The notes below the pieces were generated by a model, which saw only the letters and a program-made list of their open reading frames with translations, did no database searches and was not told where the DNA came from. The position numbers and the translations under genes are program-made. Below are positions 20,239 to 29,915 of a stretch of DNA of 64,000 nucleotides, piece by piece. Source of the stretch: a candidate division FCPU426 bacterium (GTDB lineage Bacteria > Oederibacteriota > Muellerivitia > Muellerivitales > Muellerivitaceae); contig CAWHOE010000006.1 of the NCBI GenBank assembly GCA_963830915.1, forward strand, positions 128,001 to 192,000, in the 5' to 3' direction. Within the stretch, counting starts at the first letter, position 1; every line of letters begins with the position of its first letter.

Positions 20239-21768
20239 TTAAAAGCTCAACGTCATGTCACAATAAGTAAGGTTGCTCCACTGGGAATAGGTGCTGTTAT
20301 TGGACTGGGTCTGCTGGAAGGTATCCCCCAGGCCCGCGTTCAAACCTGTCCCCAGAGGTAGAGACCCCTCAACTGTGGCGACCTGGATCCAGTCATTCCG
20401 CTTGGAACCGTTTGTATTGGCGAAATTGGGCCAAGCTTGCCATTGAACCGAATAGGTCGCGTAAAGACCCCACTTGGTCCCGCCCCCATAGGTATAGAGG
20501 CCTGTGATGTTGTTGTTGAGATAGTTGAATACCGTGGATTGGGCCACCGTATCGCGCAAGGTATAGGCCAGGCTCAAACCATGCCCTCCCGCCAGGTAAT
20601 ACCAGGCCGAGACAGTCCCTAGAAGGCTCTGGGAATCATAAGCCGTATAGGTGGGATAGGACTCGTTAAGATATTGGGCCTGGACCTGGATGAAGCTGGG
20701 CTGTTGGAAATAATAAAGACCCGCCAACGATAACTGGTGATGCTGGTATTCCAGATGAAGGTTCTGGTCCAACTCCAGAGCCTCGTCGAAGGAACAAGGC
20801 AAAAGCATCAGGGACGAGAGATGGGGCTGGGCGGAAGCCGTCAAGTTAGTGTAATAGTTCTGGCCGAACACCTGGCTTTGCTCGTTGAAATATCCCATTA
20901 GGCTGTAGGCGAAAGTCAGCAGATTGTTGATCCCCGGGGGAGTGTAAGACAACTGGCCCTGGATATATTCGGCCTCGTTGTCAGCGATGGCGGTAGTGCC
21001 TTGATTGTATCCGTTCTTTTCATAACCCAGTTGGAGCCGTCCGTAAAAGTGGAACGGATTGGGCGAGAGCGACGTTTGGATCTGGGACATCCGGTTCATC
21101 GCCAAGGTGCCGAAGGCCCCCGATTGGGGGATCTGGGAGATGGAAATAAGGTATTGCTGGGCCTGGGCGTAATACCCTTCCTTCTGGTAAAGGATTCCCA
21201 TGGCGTAACGGGCCCCGGCATTATTGGGGTCGATCTGCAGACAGCGATAAAGTTGGTCCTGGCATTCGGCCCAATCCTTGGTCTTCAAACAACAAAGCCC
21301 CAGGTTGAAGTGAGCGTCGGCCGAACCAGGTTCCAAGTCCGCCGCCTGTTTGAGGTCCGCCTTGGCCTCCGCGTATCGGTGCGCCCTGTACAGTTGAACA
21401 CCCTCCCTCATCAGCCGATGGAATTGAGCTTCCTTTCCCCCGCCTTTTTTATCGGCGATACGCTGAAGCAGAGACTTGGCCAGGGAATGTTGGGGATTCA
21501 GGACCACGGCCCGGTTCAGATAGGCCTCGGCTACGTCCAGGTTGCCCAGCACGTACTCGCAGATACCGATGCAGTAATAAGCGTCGGCGTTCTTGGGATC
21601 GGCGACCGTGGCTTTCAGGTAGAGGTGGGCGGCTTCAGAAAAACGCTTCTGGAGGTAAGCCTCATTGCCCTGGGTCATCCAATCCTGGGTCTGGGCAAAG
21701 CTTCCGCCAGGTTGAGCGAGAAACAGAAGGATAGATAGGAACCCAAGTAAATTCGGCCTGGATGACAT
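20239..21768 (-). CDS. Secreted TPR protein with C-terminal outer-membrane beta-barrel
   Basis: Signal peptide, ~6 TPRs, Tyr/Gln/Ser-rich amphipathic strands, terminal Phe (YCDMTLSF). Confidence 0.72.
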   Translation of the reverse strand: MSSRPNLLGFLSILLFLAQPGGSFAQTQDWMTQGNEAYLQKRFSEAAHLYLKATVADPKNADAYYCIGICEYVLGNLDVAEAYLNRAVVLNPQHSLAKSLLQRIADKKGGGKEAQFHRLMREGVQLYRAHRYAEAKADLKQAADLEPGSADAHFNLGLCCLKTKDWAECQDQLYRCLQIDPNNAGARYAMGILYQKEGYYAQAQQYLISISQIPQSGAFGTLAMNRMSQIQTSLSPNPFHFYGRLQLGYEKNGYNQGTTAIADNEAEYIQGQLSYTPPGINNLLTFAYSLMGYFNEQSQVFGQNYYTNLTASAQPHLSSLMLLPCSFDEALELDQNLHLEYQHHQLSLAGLYYFQQPSFIQVQAQYLNESYPTYTAYDSQSLLGTVSAWYYLAGGHGLSLAYTLRDTVAQSTVFNYLNNNITGLYTYGGGTKWGLYATYSVQWQAWPNFANTNGSKRNDWIQVATVEGSLPLGTGLNAGLGDTFQQTQSNNSTYSQWSNLTYCDMTLSF

Positions 21769-21876
21769 GGAATGACCTGTCCCATTGGAGTTGAGGAATA
21801 TTATGGGTCATCAACGATCATTGAAAATATATCACACTATCCAGGAGGGGTTCGCTGATTTTCAGGGCGTAAAAAT

Positions 21877-21907
21877 AAAAAAAGCCCCTTGTTTCCAAGG
21901 GGCTTTT
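21877..21907 (-). terminator. Intrinsic terminator after the Pro-rich gene
   Basis: AAAAGCCCCTTG-TTTC-CAAGGGGCTTTT with a longer T-run on the minus strand. Confidence 0.8.
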
Positions 21908-21933
21908 CGAACGACTAGACTTGTGGCGAAAAC

Positions 21934-22629
21934 TTATTCGTCGATGTCCTTCGCGCCCAGCTTCTCGTTAGGAAGAACGATCAGGTTCGTCCCAGGGGTC
22001 CCGACAGGTGCCGGAGGCGCCCAACCCGCGCCCGGAGTTCCGGAAGCGGAAGGAGGCAATGCCCCTGGCGTCCCAGCGGGAACAGGTGTCCCGACCGGGG
22101 CTGGAGGAGGCGGATAAGCGCCTGGCGTCCCAACAGCCACTGGAGGAGGCGGATAGGCTCCTGGAGTGCCAACCACGATCGGAGGCATCACAGGAACGAT
22201 GGTTCCCACAGCCACTGGCGGCATGGGCGGAGGGATTGTCCCCGGCAAAGGCGTGGGGAAAGGCTTAGGCGGCAAGATAGGTGTCGGGAAAGCCGTTGGG
22301 TAAGGAAGCGGCGTCGGGAACAACGACGGCACCGGTACCGGAGGAACCACGGTCGCGATGGGAGGAACGACCCCGGTTGGAACTGGCGCTGGTGGCAAGG
22401 GCGTTGGAACACCGGCGGGAACCGTCGGCACAGGCGGGACCGTCGCGATCATCGTGGGCATAGGCATTGGGGTGTTGATGATGATCGGCGGCGCCACGGT
22501 ACCAGGGGGCGGTGTGGGCGGCAGCGTCGGCACGCCTCCTGTGGCGGTTTGAGCGGAAACGCTCGTAGCTACCAAAAGCAAACTGGTCGCGAACAACCAG
22601 GCGATTGGGGTGCTGAAGATCTTTTTCAT
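21934..22629 (-). CDS. Secreted proline-rich low-complexity protein with VGTPG repeats
   Basis: ATG 22629 with AAGGAGG; signal peptide ending VSA-Q; bounded by a sigma54 promoter and a terminator. Confidence 0.72.
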   Translation of the reverse strand: MKKIFSTPIAWLFATSLLLVATSVSAQTATGGVPTLPPTPPPGTVAPPIIINTPMPMPTMIATVPPVPTVPAGVPTPLPPAPVPTGVVPPIATVVPPVPVPSLFPTPLPYPTAFPTPILPPKPFPTPLPGTIPPPMPPVAVGTIVPVMPPIVVGTPGAYPPPPVAVGTPGAYPPPPAPVGTPVPAGTPGALPPSASGTPGAGWAPPAPVGTPGTNLIVLPNEKLGAKDIDE

Positions 22630-22679
22630 GACATCCTCCTTAGGGCTTCTGAACGGCTTGCGACTTCGATTGTTAGTAA

Positions 22680-22695
22680 AGCAAGCCTTGTGCCA
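22680..22695 (-). promoter_or_regulatory. Sigma54 (-24/-12) promoter of the Pro-rich gene
   Basis: TGGCACAAGGCTTGCT matches TGGCAC-N5-TTGC exactly; lies next to an NtrC-family activator. Confidence 0.85.
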
Positions 22696-22804
22696 GGAAT
22701 TTCCAGTGTTTTTGAAGGGATTTTCAGCGGATGACGCAGCCAGCACGTACAAATTTTCGGCAGGGTGCCCAAATTCAGGCCAGGAAAAACCTTAAAACGT
22801 CTTT

Positions 22805-22884
22805 AACCACCAAGGCACAAAGACACCAAGGACAGCAAAATCTCTTTGGGTTTACACAAAATCCTTTCTTGGTGACTTGGTGGT
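22805..22884. repeat. Intergenic inverted repeat built from 8-nt units
   Basis: CACCAAGG CACAAAGA CACCAAGG ... CTTGGTGA CTTGGTGG. Confidence 0.65.
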
Positions 22885-22916
22885 AAAAATGGGTTTGCTT
22901 GGGGTTTTAAATGCGT

Positions 22917-23579
22917 TTATTTGCGACCGCATTCTTTTTTCAGCTTTAGGAACTTGGCTTTTAACTTTGCGTCCGGCTTGGCCTTTAGCCCCGCTTGGAT
23001 CTCGTTCTTGGCCGATTTGGGGTCTTTCAGGTCGCGCAGATCAAGGAAAGCCAGGGCGTAATGGGCCTTGGAAAGGGTAGGTTCCAGTTCCAGAGCCTTC
23101 TGGAATTCTTCTTTCGATCCCTCGATATCCTTCAACTTATACAGGCTCAGGCCCAAATAATAATGGACCATGGAAATGCCCGGGTCCAATTGGTTGGCCG
23201 TCGCCAGTTCGGTCTGGGCCTTTTCCCATTTCCCCTGGTCGTAGGCGACCCGGCCCATGTAATAACGGACCACCGGCATATTCGGGTCATGCTTCAAGAC
23301 CCATTCAAAATATGCGGAAGCTTCAGGCAGGAGGTTCTCTTCGTACTTAATCAAACCCAGGTAAAAATGAGCTTTCAAGTTATCGGCGTCATCCTTCAGG
23401 ACATTCAGGAAACCTTCCTGGGCCTTGCTATATTTCCCAGCGTTGAAAGAGGCCACAGCCTTCAAGAAAACCTCCTGGGGCCCGTTATCCTGGGCCTGGA
23501 GAAAACCAGCGCCGAGGATGGATAAACCAAGCGGTAATAGGCGGATGAGCAGTTTTCGAGGAAAGTCAGGGTTTCTCAC
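22917..23579 (-). CDS. Exported TPR protein
   Basis: GTG 23579 after GGAGGA, overlapping the regulator's 3' end; signal peptide ending LQA-Q; ~5 TPRs. Confidence 0.8.
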   Translation of the reverse strand: MRNPDFPRKLLIRLLPLGLSILGAGFLQAQDNGPQEVFLKAVASFNAGKYSKAQEGFLNVLKDDADNLKAHFYLGLIKYEENLLPEASAYFEWVLKHDPNMPVVRYYMGRVAYDQGKWEKAQTELATANQLDPGISMVHYYLGLSLYKLKDIEGSKEEFQKALELEPTLSKAHYALAFLDLRDLKDPKSAKNEIQAGLKAKPDAKLKAKFLKLKKECGRK

Positions 23580-24921
23580 GGCAATATTCCTCCAGTTGAT
23601 ATTTGGCGATCTTGTATTGCAGGGCGGAACGGGAAACACCCAGTTGCTTGGCCGCCTGGTTCTGAACGCCATGGGTCTCTTGAAGGGCTTGCAAGATTAG
23701 TGCCTTTTCCAACTGGTCGAGGGTCTGGCTCAGGTCCCCCTGCAGGGCCGGTTGGGCCTTGATGTCATTGGGATTACCCTCGGGTACGACTTCCAATTCT
23801 TCCTTCTCCGAAAAGACCACGGCCCTTTCCATCAGGTTCTGTAGTTCCCTCACATTGCCCGGCCAGGCATAACCTTTCAGGGCCTTCAAAGACATGTCGC
23901 TCAAACGTCTGGAAGGTTTCCCCATCTGACGGCAGAACCGGTCGAGAAAGCTTTCGCAAAGAAGCGGGATGTCATCGGGTCTCTCCCTCAAGGGCGGCAT
24001 GCGGAGCGAAACCACGTTGAGCCGATAATAGAGATCTTCCCGAAAAATTCCCTTCTCTACCAATTCCTTCAGGTTCTTATTGGTCGCCGTGATGACCCTC
24101 AGGTCCACCTTCAGGGTCTGGGTACCCCCGACCCGCTCGAATTCCCTTTCCTGAAGGACCCTCAGAAGCTTCACCTGGATCTCGGGGGCGACTTCGGAGA
24201 TCTCATCCAGGAAAAGGGTTCCGCCCTGGGCCAACTCGAAACGCCCTTGCTTCCTTTGGACCGCTCCCGTAAAGGCGCCTTTCTCGTGGCCGAAGAGCTC
24301 GCTTTCCAAAAGGTTCGGCGCCAGAGCCGCGCAATGGACCCGGATGAAGGGGGCGTCCTTCCAGGGACCGCTTTCATGGATGGCCTGGGCCGCCAATTCC
24401 TTGCCCGTGCCGCTTTCCCCCTCGATGAGGATGGTGGTCTTGGCGGCGCTCAAGCGCCGGATGTTATCGTAGACCTGTTTCATGGCGGGACTCTCGCCCA
24501 CCATCTTGCCCTGGAACTGGGACAACTCATCCTTGAGCCGGAGGTTTTCGCCTTTCAAGCTGCCGACCTGGAGGCAGTTCTTGATCTTGAGCTCCAGTCC
24601 CTCCATGGAAAAAGGCTTCAGGACGAAATCATAGGCTCCGCCCCTCATGGCCGTCACCGCGTCCTCCACCGTGCCAAAAGCGGTCATGACGATGACTTGG
24701 ACTTCAGCGTCCTTCTCCTTGATCTTCTCCAAAAGTTCCAGGCCGTTCATACCAGGCATCTTCATGTCGGTCACGACCACCTCGGCCTTTTCCCTTCCCA
24801 GCACCTCCAGGGCCGCTTCCGCGCTGGCGGCGGTCAATATCCTGTAGCCCGAGTCCACCAGGTGTTTCTGAACGCTGTCCCTCATGTCCTTTTTGTCGTC
24901 CACGACCAGGATGGTGCTCAT
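23566..24921 (-). CDS. Sigma54-dependent response regulator (NtrC/AtoC family)
   Basis: Receiver domain (ILVVDD, TDMKMP), [28 protein letters not shown] and a Fis-type HTH. Confidence 0.95.
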   Translation of the reverse strand: MSTILVVDDKKDMRDSVQKHLVDSGYRILTAASAEAALEVLGREKAEVVVTDMKMPGMNGLELLEKIKEKDAEVQVIVMTAFGTVEDAVTAMRGGAYDFVLKPFSMEGLELKIKNCLQVGSLKGENLRLKDELSQFQGKMVGESPAMKQVYDNIRRLSAAKTTILIEGESGTGKELAAQAIHESGPWKDAPFIRVHCAALAPNLLESELFGHEKGAFTGAVQRKQGRFELAQGGTLFLDEISEVAPEIQVKLLRVLQEREFERVGGTQTLKVDLRVITATNKNLKELVEKGIFREDLYYRLNVVSLRMPPLRERPDDIPLLCESFLDRFCRQMGKPSRRLSDMSLKALKGYAWPGNVRELQNLMERAVVFSEKEELEVVPEGNPNDIKAQPALQGDLSQTLDQLEKALILQALQETHGVQNQAAKQLGVSRSALQYKIAKYQLEEYCREKP

Positions 24922-26429
24922 GGCGCGCCTTTCACTAGCGGGATCTCCACGCGGAACACCGCGCCGCCCGCCGGAACATAACCGTCGCCTTGCCGGTTGA
25001 ACGCCTCGATCCTTCCTCCGTGGGCCAAGACCACCTTCTGGGTGAAGGCCAGACCCAATCCGGTGCCGGAGGACTTTGTGGTGAAAAAGGGCTTGAAGAG
25101 ATTGGGCAAGACTTCTTTGGGGATTCCGGCCCCCGTGTCCTCGACCTCGATGCGGGCATAATCCCCCGCCTCCTCCAGCCTCAGGGTCAGGGTGCCCCAG
25201 GTGGGCATGGCTTGCAGGGCGTTCAGGCCAAGATTATAGAGGGCGTTGGAAAGCAGGGCGCTGTCCGCCTCGATCTGTCCGCAGGGACGGATGGCGGGGA
25301 CCACCTGCACCGCCTGTTTTTTAGCCGACTCCATCAGGTCCTGGGCCAGGTTCTCGATCAATTCGGCCGGGTACTGGACCTTGGCGTTCAGCTTGAAGGC
25401 CCGGCTATATTCCAGGAAACGGGTGACCAGGTAATTGAGGGCTTTCACCTGGCCCTGGATCTTTTGGACCGCTGGCAATATCTCTTGGGAGCCAGCGGCT
25501 TTTTTCTCGATCCACTCAGCCTCGCTTCGGATGATGTGCAAGGGATTACGCACCTCATGGGCGATACCGCCGGCGATCTCTTTCATCTGTTCGGCCTGGT
25601 TCTCCGCCTCCTTGCGCATGAAGGAAAGTTCGGTCTCCCGGGCCTCGATCCGGGACGCCATCTGGTAGAGGGACCGTTCCAACTGACCCAACTCATCCAG
25701 GCGGGCGGTGGGGTTGGAGTCCTTCGGATAACGGCCCTGGGCCACTTCCCCGGCCAGACGGGCCACTGTTCCGACCGGTTCCAGGACCGTCCGGGCCACG
25801 ACGATGGACACGAAGGCGCTCAATAAAAGGCCGGCCAGGCCCAATAACAGGGAGAAGGTCTTGAAGCGTTTGAGGACCTCCAATGACTTGGGGTCGGCGT
25901 CCACCTGCAAGAGCAGGCCCTTGGGCAGGGGGATGAAGACCGATTGGTGGAGCTGTCCGAAATCCCCGGCGTGGACCGGCAGGACCACCGGCTTGCCAGC
26001 GCCAAGGTCCGCCAGGTTTTGGGGGTTCAGCAGGGGGCTCTTGAAGCCTGGCACCGCCTCTCCCGTGGCGTCCAGAAGGACCGTCCCCTGAGGGTTCAGA
26101 AGGGTGATGTTCTGGAGCACGCCCGCCTTCAGGAAACCCTGGAGCAGGGGGGTCAGGCTGGCCATTTCCCGGGAGTCAGGCAGGCTGGGCTGGAGTGGCC
26201 CGGACAATTCCCCATTCATCCGTTGGGCCACCAAACGTCCCATGGCCAGGAGTTGTTCTCCCATCTTTTCCTGGAGGCTATTTGAGACGATCCAGTAGAC
26301 CGTGGTGCCGGTCAGGAGCGTCAGGGTGAACCAAAGGACCGTATAGGTGAGCAGGAGCTTGGTCTTGAAGGAATAACGCCAACGTTCAAAAAAGGACGGG
26401 GTGTGGATGGGTTGGGTCGGTTGGGTCAA
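24918..26429 (-). CDS. Membrane sensor histidine kinase (HAMP, HisKA, HATPase)
   Basis: Two TMs, DELGQL (HAMP), AHEVRNPL, NALQAM, DTGAGI, PFFTTK and GTGLGL motifs. Confidence 0.95.
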   Translation of the reverse strand: MTQPTQPIHTPSFFERWRYSFKTKLLLTYTVLWFTLTLLTGTTVYWIVSNSLQEKMGEQLLAMGRLVAQRMNGELSGPLQPSLPDSREMASLTPLLQGFLKAGVLQNITLLNPQGTVLLDATGEAVPGFKSPLLNPQNLADLGAGKPVVLPVHAGDFGQLHQSVFIPLPKGLLLQVDADPKSLEVLKRFKTFSLLLGLAGLLLSAFVSIVVARTVLEPVGTVARLAGEVAQGRYPKDSNPTARLDELGQLERSLYQMASRIEARETELSFMRKEAENQAEQMKEIAGGIAHEVRNPLHIIRSEAEWIEKKAAGSQEILPAVQKIQGQVKALNYLVTRFLEYSRAFKLNAKVQYPAELIENLAQDLMESAKKQAVQVVPAIRPCGQIEADSALLSNALYNLGLNALQAMPTWGTLTLRLEEAGDYARIEVEDTGAGIPKEVLPNLFKPFFTTKSSGTGLGLAFTQKVVLAHGGRIEAFNRQGDGYVPAGGAVFRVEIPLVKGAP

Positions 26430-26520
26430 GGTCCGCTTCCGAGGATTAGAGTGGGTTTTAGTTTACTCCCGAACTGGCTTCCGGGCAAAGGGCCGATGAA
26501 GCCGGACCGTCACTCAGGCC

Positions 26521-26558
26521 AATAAAAAACCCGATCCCCCGAAAAGAGGACCGGGTTT
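26521..26558 (-). terminator. Intrinsic terminator after the TraF-like gene
   Basis: Minus strand AAACCCGGTCC...GGATCGGGTTTTTT. Confidence 0.65.
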
Positions 26559-26583
26559 ATGAAAAAGAGTCCTGAAGGATCTT

Positions 26584-28155
26584 TTAGAAGGCCACGTCGA
26601 ACTGCAACGAGTGGTTGTAGGTCTGGGTGAGGTTATCCACCGCGAAAGCGTATTGGATGCCCAACGGAAGCCCCACCCCGCCGCACAGGTTGCTGTTGGT
26701 CACCCCGCCGCGAAGCTGGAGGATACCCAAAAAGTTGTAATTGAACCCGAAATCCAGGTGGGAAAAGAAGTTCAAGCCCTCGTAATAGGAGGAACCGCTG
26801 AATATATCGTCCACATCCGCGTTGACGAGTAGGTTCCTATTGATCTTCCAGGAAGCCCCCGCCCGGACCACCGTTGGGGCTGGGTCGATAACCACCGGAC
26901 CGCCGTTCTGGTTCAACGGGTCACCCGGGTTCGTGGTGAGGGTAGCGGTAGAGTGAAGCAGGTCCATCGCCGACAGCCCCAAGGATATCTTGGGATCGTC
27001 GAAATCATACAAGACCCCCAGGTCCACACCCCAGCGCACGATGGTCTTTTGCATGTCGTCCTTGATGTCGTTGCCCACATCCGAGGTTCCATTCGTGTTC
27101 TGGTCGATCAAGTAACTGGAAGTGATGGAAGTGATCCTGCGGTTGACCACCTTGAAATTCATGCCCGCCGACAAAGACGGATCATCCGCCAAAGGCCTGG
27201 TGCAGTAGGTTCCCATCAGGACCGTGTCGGTATAAACCAACCCATTGATCGGAGCGATCTCGTTGAAAAGGGTCTTGTCGGACTGACTGGGATCCAAACT
27301 GTTCATGATGTTATTCACCGTGGTGGCGAAAGTACTGACATCACTTGGCTGTGTCCCGCCGGGATTGTTCTGGCTGTTACTAAAGGTCGCCACCGCGTTC
27401 GCCAACTGTTGCTGCTGGGAACCCAAAAGTGAGTTCAATATGGACTGGGTGGCGTTATACAAGGAAACCGCAGCGTCCCTCACCTGGCTGGGACTATTCC
27501 CCGGCATCTGGGGAAGCGCCTTGATGAGTACCAGGTCGTTGATCAGGCCCCCCTGGGATATCTGGACCGCCGCCTGGGTCCTGTTATAGGCTTGGAAACC
27601 CCAGTGATCGTCGAATTTGAGCGCGATATTGAACCCCATACCCACCTGGAGCGACTTACCGGTCACGTTCGTAACGGCGTTCTGGGTATTCACAATGGCG
27701 TTATTGAGATTGACCACGCCCTGGTTATAAAGCGTCGTGTTGGGACCGCCGGAAGCGTTCAAGCCGTTGTTGATATCCTGAAAGGCCTGGTTCACGTTCT
27801 GGAGGGAATTCTGCAGGTTGTTGATGTTGTCCGAATTGGTCATGTATTTCGCGATTCCGACAATATCGTTTCCCACGTTGAAGCCCAAATGCACCTCGGC
27901 GAAATCGACATTGTTCGCCAGGAGCGCCGGGTTGTAGGCGGACGCGTTGAAGAGTGTTCCATCCGCCACGACCGCGTTACCCATCCCATTGGCTTCCACA
28001 TCGATGGGAAGGGAGGTGAAGTTAACGAATTGGGCGATGTTCGAGGTGCCGGAGAGGAGCCCGGCGGCCTGGGCTCCCCCGGTACAAGCGAGGAGCGCCC
28101 CTAACCATATCCAGCCCTTGAAGGGCCTGCGATGCCTAGGCATGGTCCGTTTCAA
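26584..28155 (-). CDS. Outer-membrane beta-barrel protein, TraF_2/FadL/PorV-like
   Basis: Signal peptide; GMGNAVVA...YNPALLA N-terminal motif; GVDLGVLY and LQLRGG strands; terminal Phe. Confidence 0.6.
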   Translation of the reverse strand: MKRTMPRHRRPFKGWIWLGALLACTGGAQAAGLLSGTSNIAQFVNFTSLPIDVEANGMGNAVVADGTLFNASAYNPALLANNVDFAEVHLGFNVGNDIVGIAKYMTNSDNINNLQNSLQNVNQAFQDINNGLNASGGPNTTLYNQGVVNLNNAIVNTQNAVTNVTGKSLQVGMGFNIALKFDDHWGFQAYNRTQAAVQISQGGLINDLVLIKALPQMPGNSPSQVRDAAVSLYNATQSILNSLLGSQQQQLANAVATFSNSQNNPGGTQPSDVSTFATTVNNIMNSLDPSQSDKTLFNEIAPINGLVYTDTVLMGTYCTRPLADDPSLSAGMNFKVVNRRITSITSSYLIDQNTNGTSDVGNDIKDDMQKTIVRWGVDLGVLYDFDDPKISLGLSAMDLLHSTATLTTNPGDPLNQNGGPVVIDPAPTVVRAGASWKINRNLLVNADVDDIFSGSSYYEGLNFFSHLDFGFNYNFLGILQLRGGVTNSNLCGGVGLPLGIQYAFAVDNLTQTYNHSLQFDVAF

Positions 28156-28973
28156 CGTTCGGACATATTGTGAGAATGATTAAGGTTTTCCAGGAAGGTG
28201 TAACCTTCCCTGGCGTTCACCACAAAGGCCGGCACGCCATGCATGCCATTTTCATCCCTCACCCGATCCTGGGCCATCAAGACCCATTGATAGGAGGCGT
28301 GGGTGGCCATCAGTTCATAGAATTGGTCGGCGATGTCGTTGCCCTTTTGGATCTCCCCAAGCTTGGTTCCCTCGTAATCGACCTTCACGTCACGGAAATC
28401 GACGGCGACCTCGATGGAATCCCCGTTCTTCAATTCGCTGCCCGATTGGTCATAGACCACACCGGTCAACACGATCCAGGGATTCCTGGGTCCGCCCAAT
28501 TCGATGCCGTTGATACTGAAACGAATATAAGCGGCTTCCCTGGCCGAACCATCGGTCACTTTGGAGAGCCACAGGAACACTGATTGGTCATGCTTAACGG
28601 GAGAGGATCCCAGGGTTTTGGCGGCCAAGGCTACAGCCTTCCTCAGGTCTCCTGACGCCCCCACACGGTCATACAAACGGATGTTGGAGGAAAATTCCGA
28701 AGCGACAGGGGCTGAAACAGCGGCGGTCGGCGTGGGGCTGGCTTTTTTCGCCGCCACGGTCGGTACGGCTGTCGGGACAACCGTAGGCTGAGGGGTTGGA
28801 ACGGGCGTGGTTTTTTTCTTCCCTTTATGTTTGGTACCGGTCGTGGTCGTATCAGATGGTGTGGTGACAGCTGTTACCACAGGGGTCGGGTTTGCCACTG
28901 GCGTTGAATCCGCGAACACCTTGGTACCGATCATCAATCCCAGCACGGAAATCACGGCGAAAAACTTTCTCAT
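28152..28973 (-). CDS. Secreted hypothetical protein with Pro/Thr-rich linker
   Basis: AAGGAGG RBS; signal peptide ending VFA-D; PTP-rich N-terminal third; stop overlaps the next start. Confidence 0.75.
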   Translation of the reverse strand: MRKFFAVISVLGLMIGTKVFADSTPVANPTPVVTAVTTPSDTTTTGTKHKGKKKTTPVPTPQPTVVPTAVPTVAAKKASPTPTAAVSAPVASEFSSNIRLYDRVGASGDLRKAVALAAKTLGSSPVKHDQSVFLWLSKVTDGSAREAAYIRFSINGIELGGPRNPWIVLTGVVYDQSGSELKNGDSIEVAVDFRDVKVDYEGTKLGEIQKGNDIADQFYELMATHASYQWVLMAQDRVRDENGMHGVPAFVVNAREGYTFLENLNHSHNMSER

Positions 28974-29128
28974 AAATCCTCCTTGAGTTAACCCCTTGAA
29001 TGAAAAGGATTATATTCGTTTAACCTGAATATTTGTCCATAATTTTCGTTTAGAAAGGCGTTTTTGCCAATAAGATGAGATTTTCAGGGTTCCTAGAGAC
29101 TTCATGGGTTGTTAGACAAGGAACCTTG

Positions 29129-29689
29129 TCATTCCCCGGTCTTTTCGATCTGGGCGATCTGCATCAGTTTTGAACTGACTTTCAACTTACCTTTTTCTAT
29201 CGAGTCCGGATTGATGCGGATGCTGATCCGGTTATCGAGTTGGACGAGTTGGATCATGCCTCCTTGGCTTGTAAAACCGTCCATATCGGATACGGTCAAG
29301 ACAGGTTTACCCCGGAGAGCCTTGAGGATATTCCCCAAATGGTCCTTTTGGGAGGCGGAAATGAACAAGACCTGGGATTGCTTGAGGTTCTTGACCTGGG
29401 CCGGATCGAAATCCTTCAGGATCTGAACGGCGACCGGATGTCCATCCAACCACTTGCCTTTTTGGGTTTCGGCCAGTCTTTTGGAGACACCCTCGTCGCC
29501 GATGACCGCGAACACGAAATCAGAAAAAGCCTTACCAAGGGCCTTGGCCGGCCAATCCACATAGTTGGTGAAATTGACCAAATCATTGGCCTTATCATCC
29601 TCACTAGCGGCTACGACTGCCGCCGGAAACAATAGCGGCCCCAGAAATAGACCTCCCAAGAGAGCAAAAAACAAAAATCGATTTTTCAT
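29129..29689 (-). CDS. YfiR / DUF4154 family periplasmic protein
   Basis: NFTNYVDWP, QVLFIS, PVLTVSD, GGMIQL and LKVSSKLMQIA motifs. Confidence 0.85.
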   Translation of the reverse strand: MKNRFLFFALLGGLFLGPLLFPAAVVAASEDDKANDLVNFTNYVDWPAKALGKAFSDFVFAVIGDEGVSKRLAETQKGKWLDGHPVAVQILKDFDPAQVKNLKQSQVLFISASQKDHLGNILKALRGKPVLTVSDMDGFTSQGGMIQLVQLDNRISIRINPDSIEKGKLKVSSKLMQIAQIEKTGE

Positions 29690-29915
29690 GAGGCCATCCT
29701 GGGGAATCCAAATTTAAAAAGGCAGATCCAGAACAGGCCATATTATGAACCGTTTGAAAGTAACAATGGGGATGCCAATTGTTAAATGCGGGAAAACTTA
29801 TTTAAACATTTACCGGATATATTTTTGTCCTTGGAGATAGTGAAAGTCGACCCGGAACGGTTCGGTAATCTTATTCTCGTAAATGCGGTCAGGCCCCATC
29901 CGGCGCCTGCGAAAC

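Noticed and set aside
22030..22210. Direct repeats as a CRISPR array
   Set aside because: They are in-frame coding repeats of the Pro-rich protein, without unique spacers or cas genes.
26584..28155. TraF-like gene as evidence of a conjugative element
   Set aside because: No relaxase, VirB4, coupling protein or integrase in the window; such barrels are often chromosomal.
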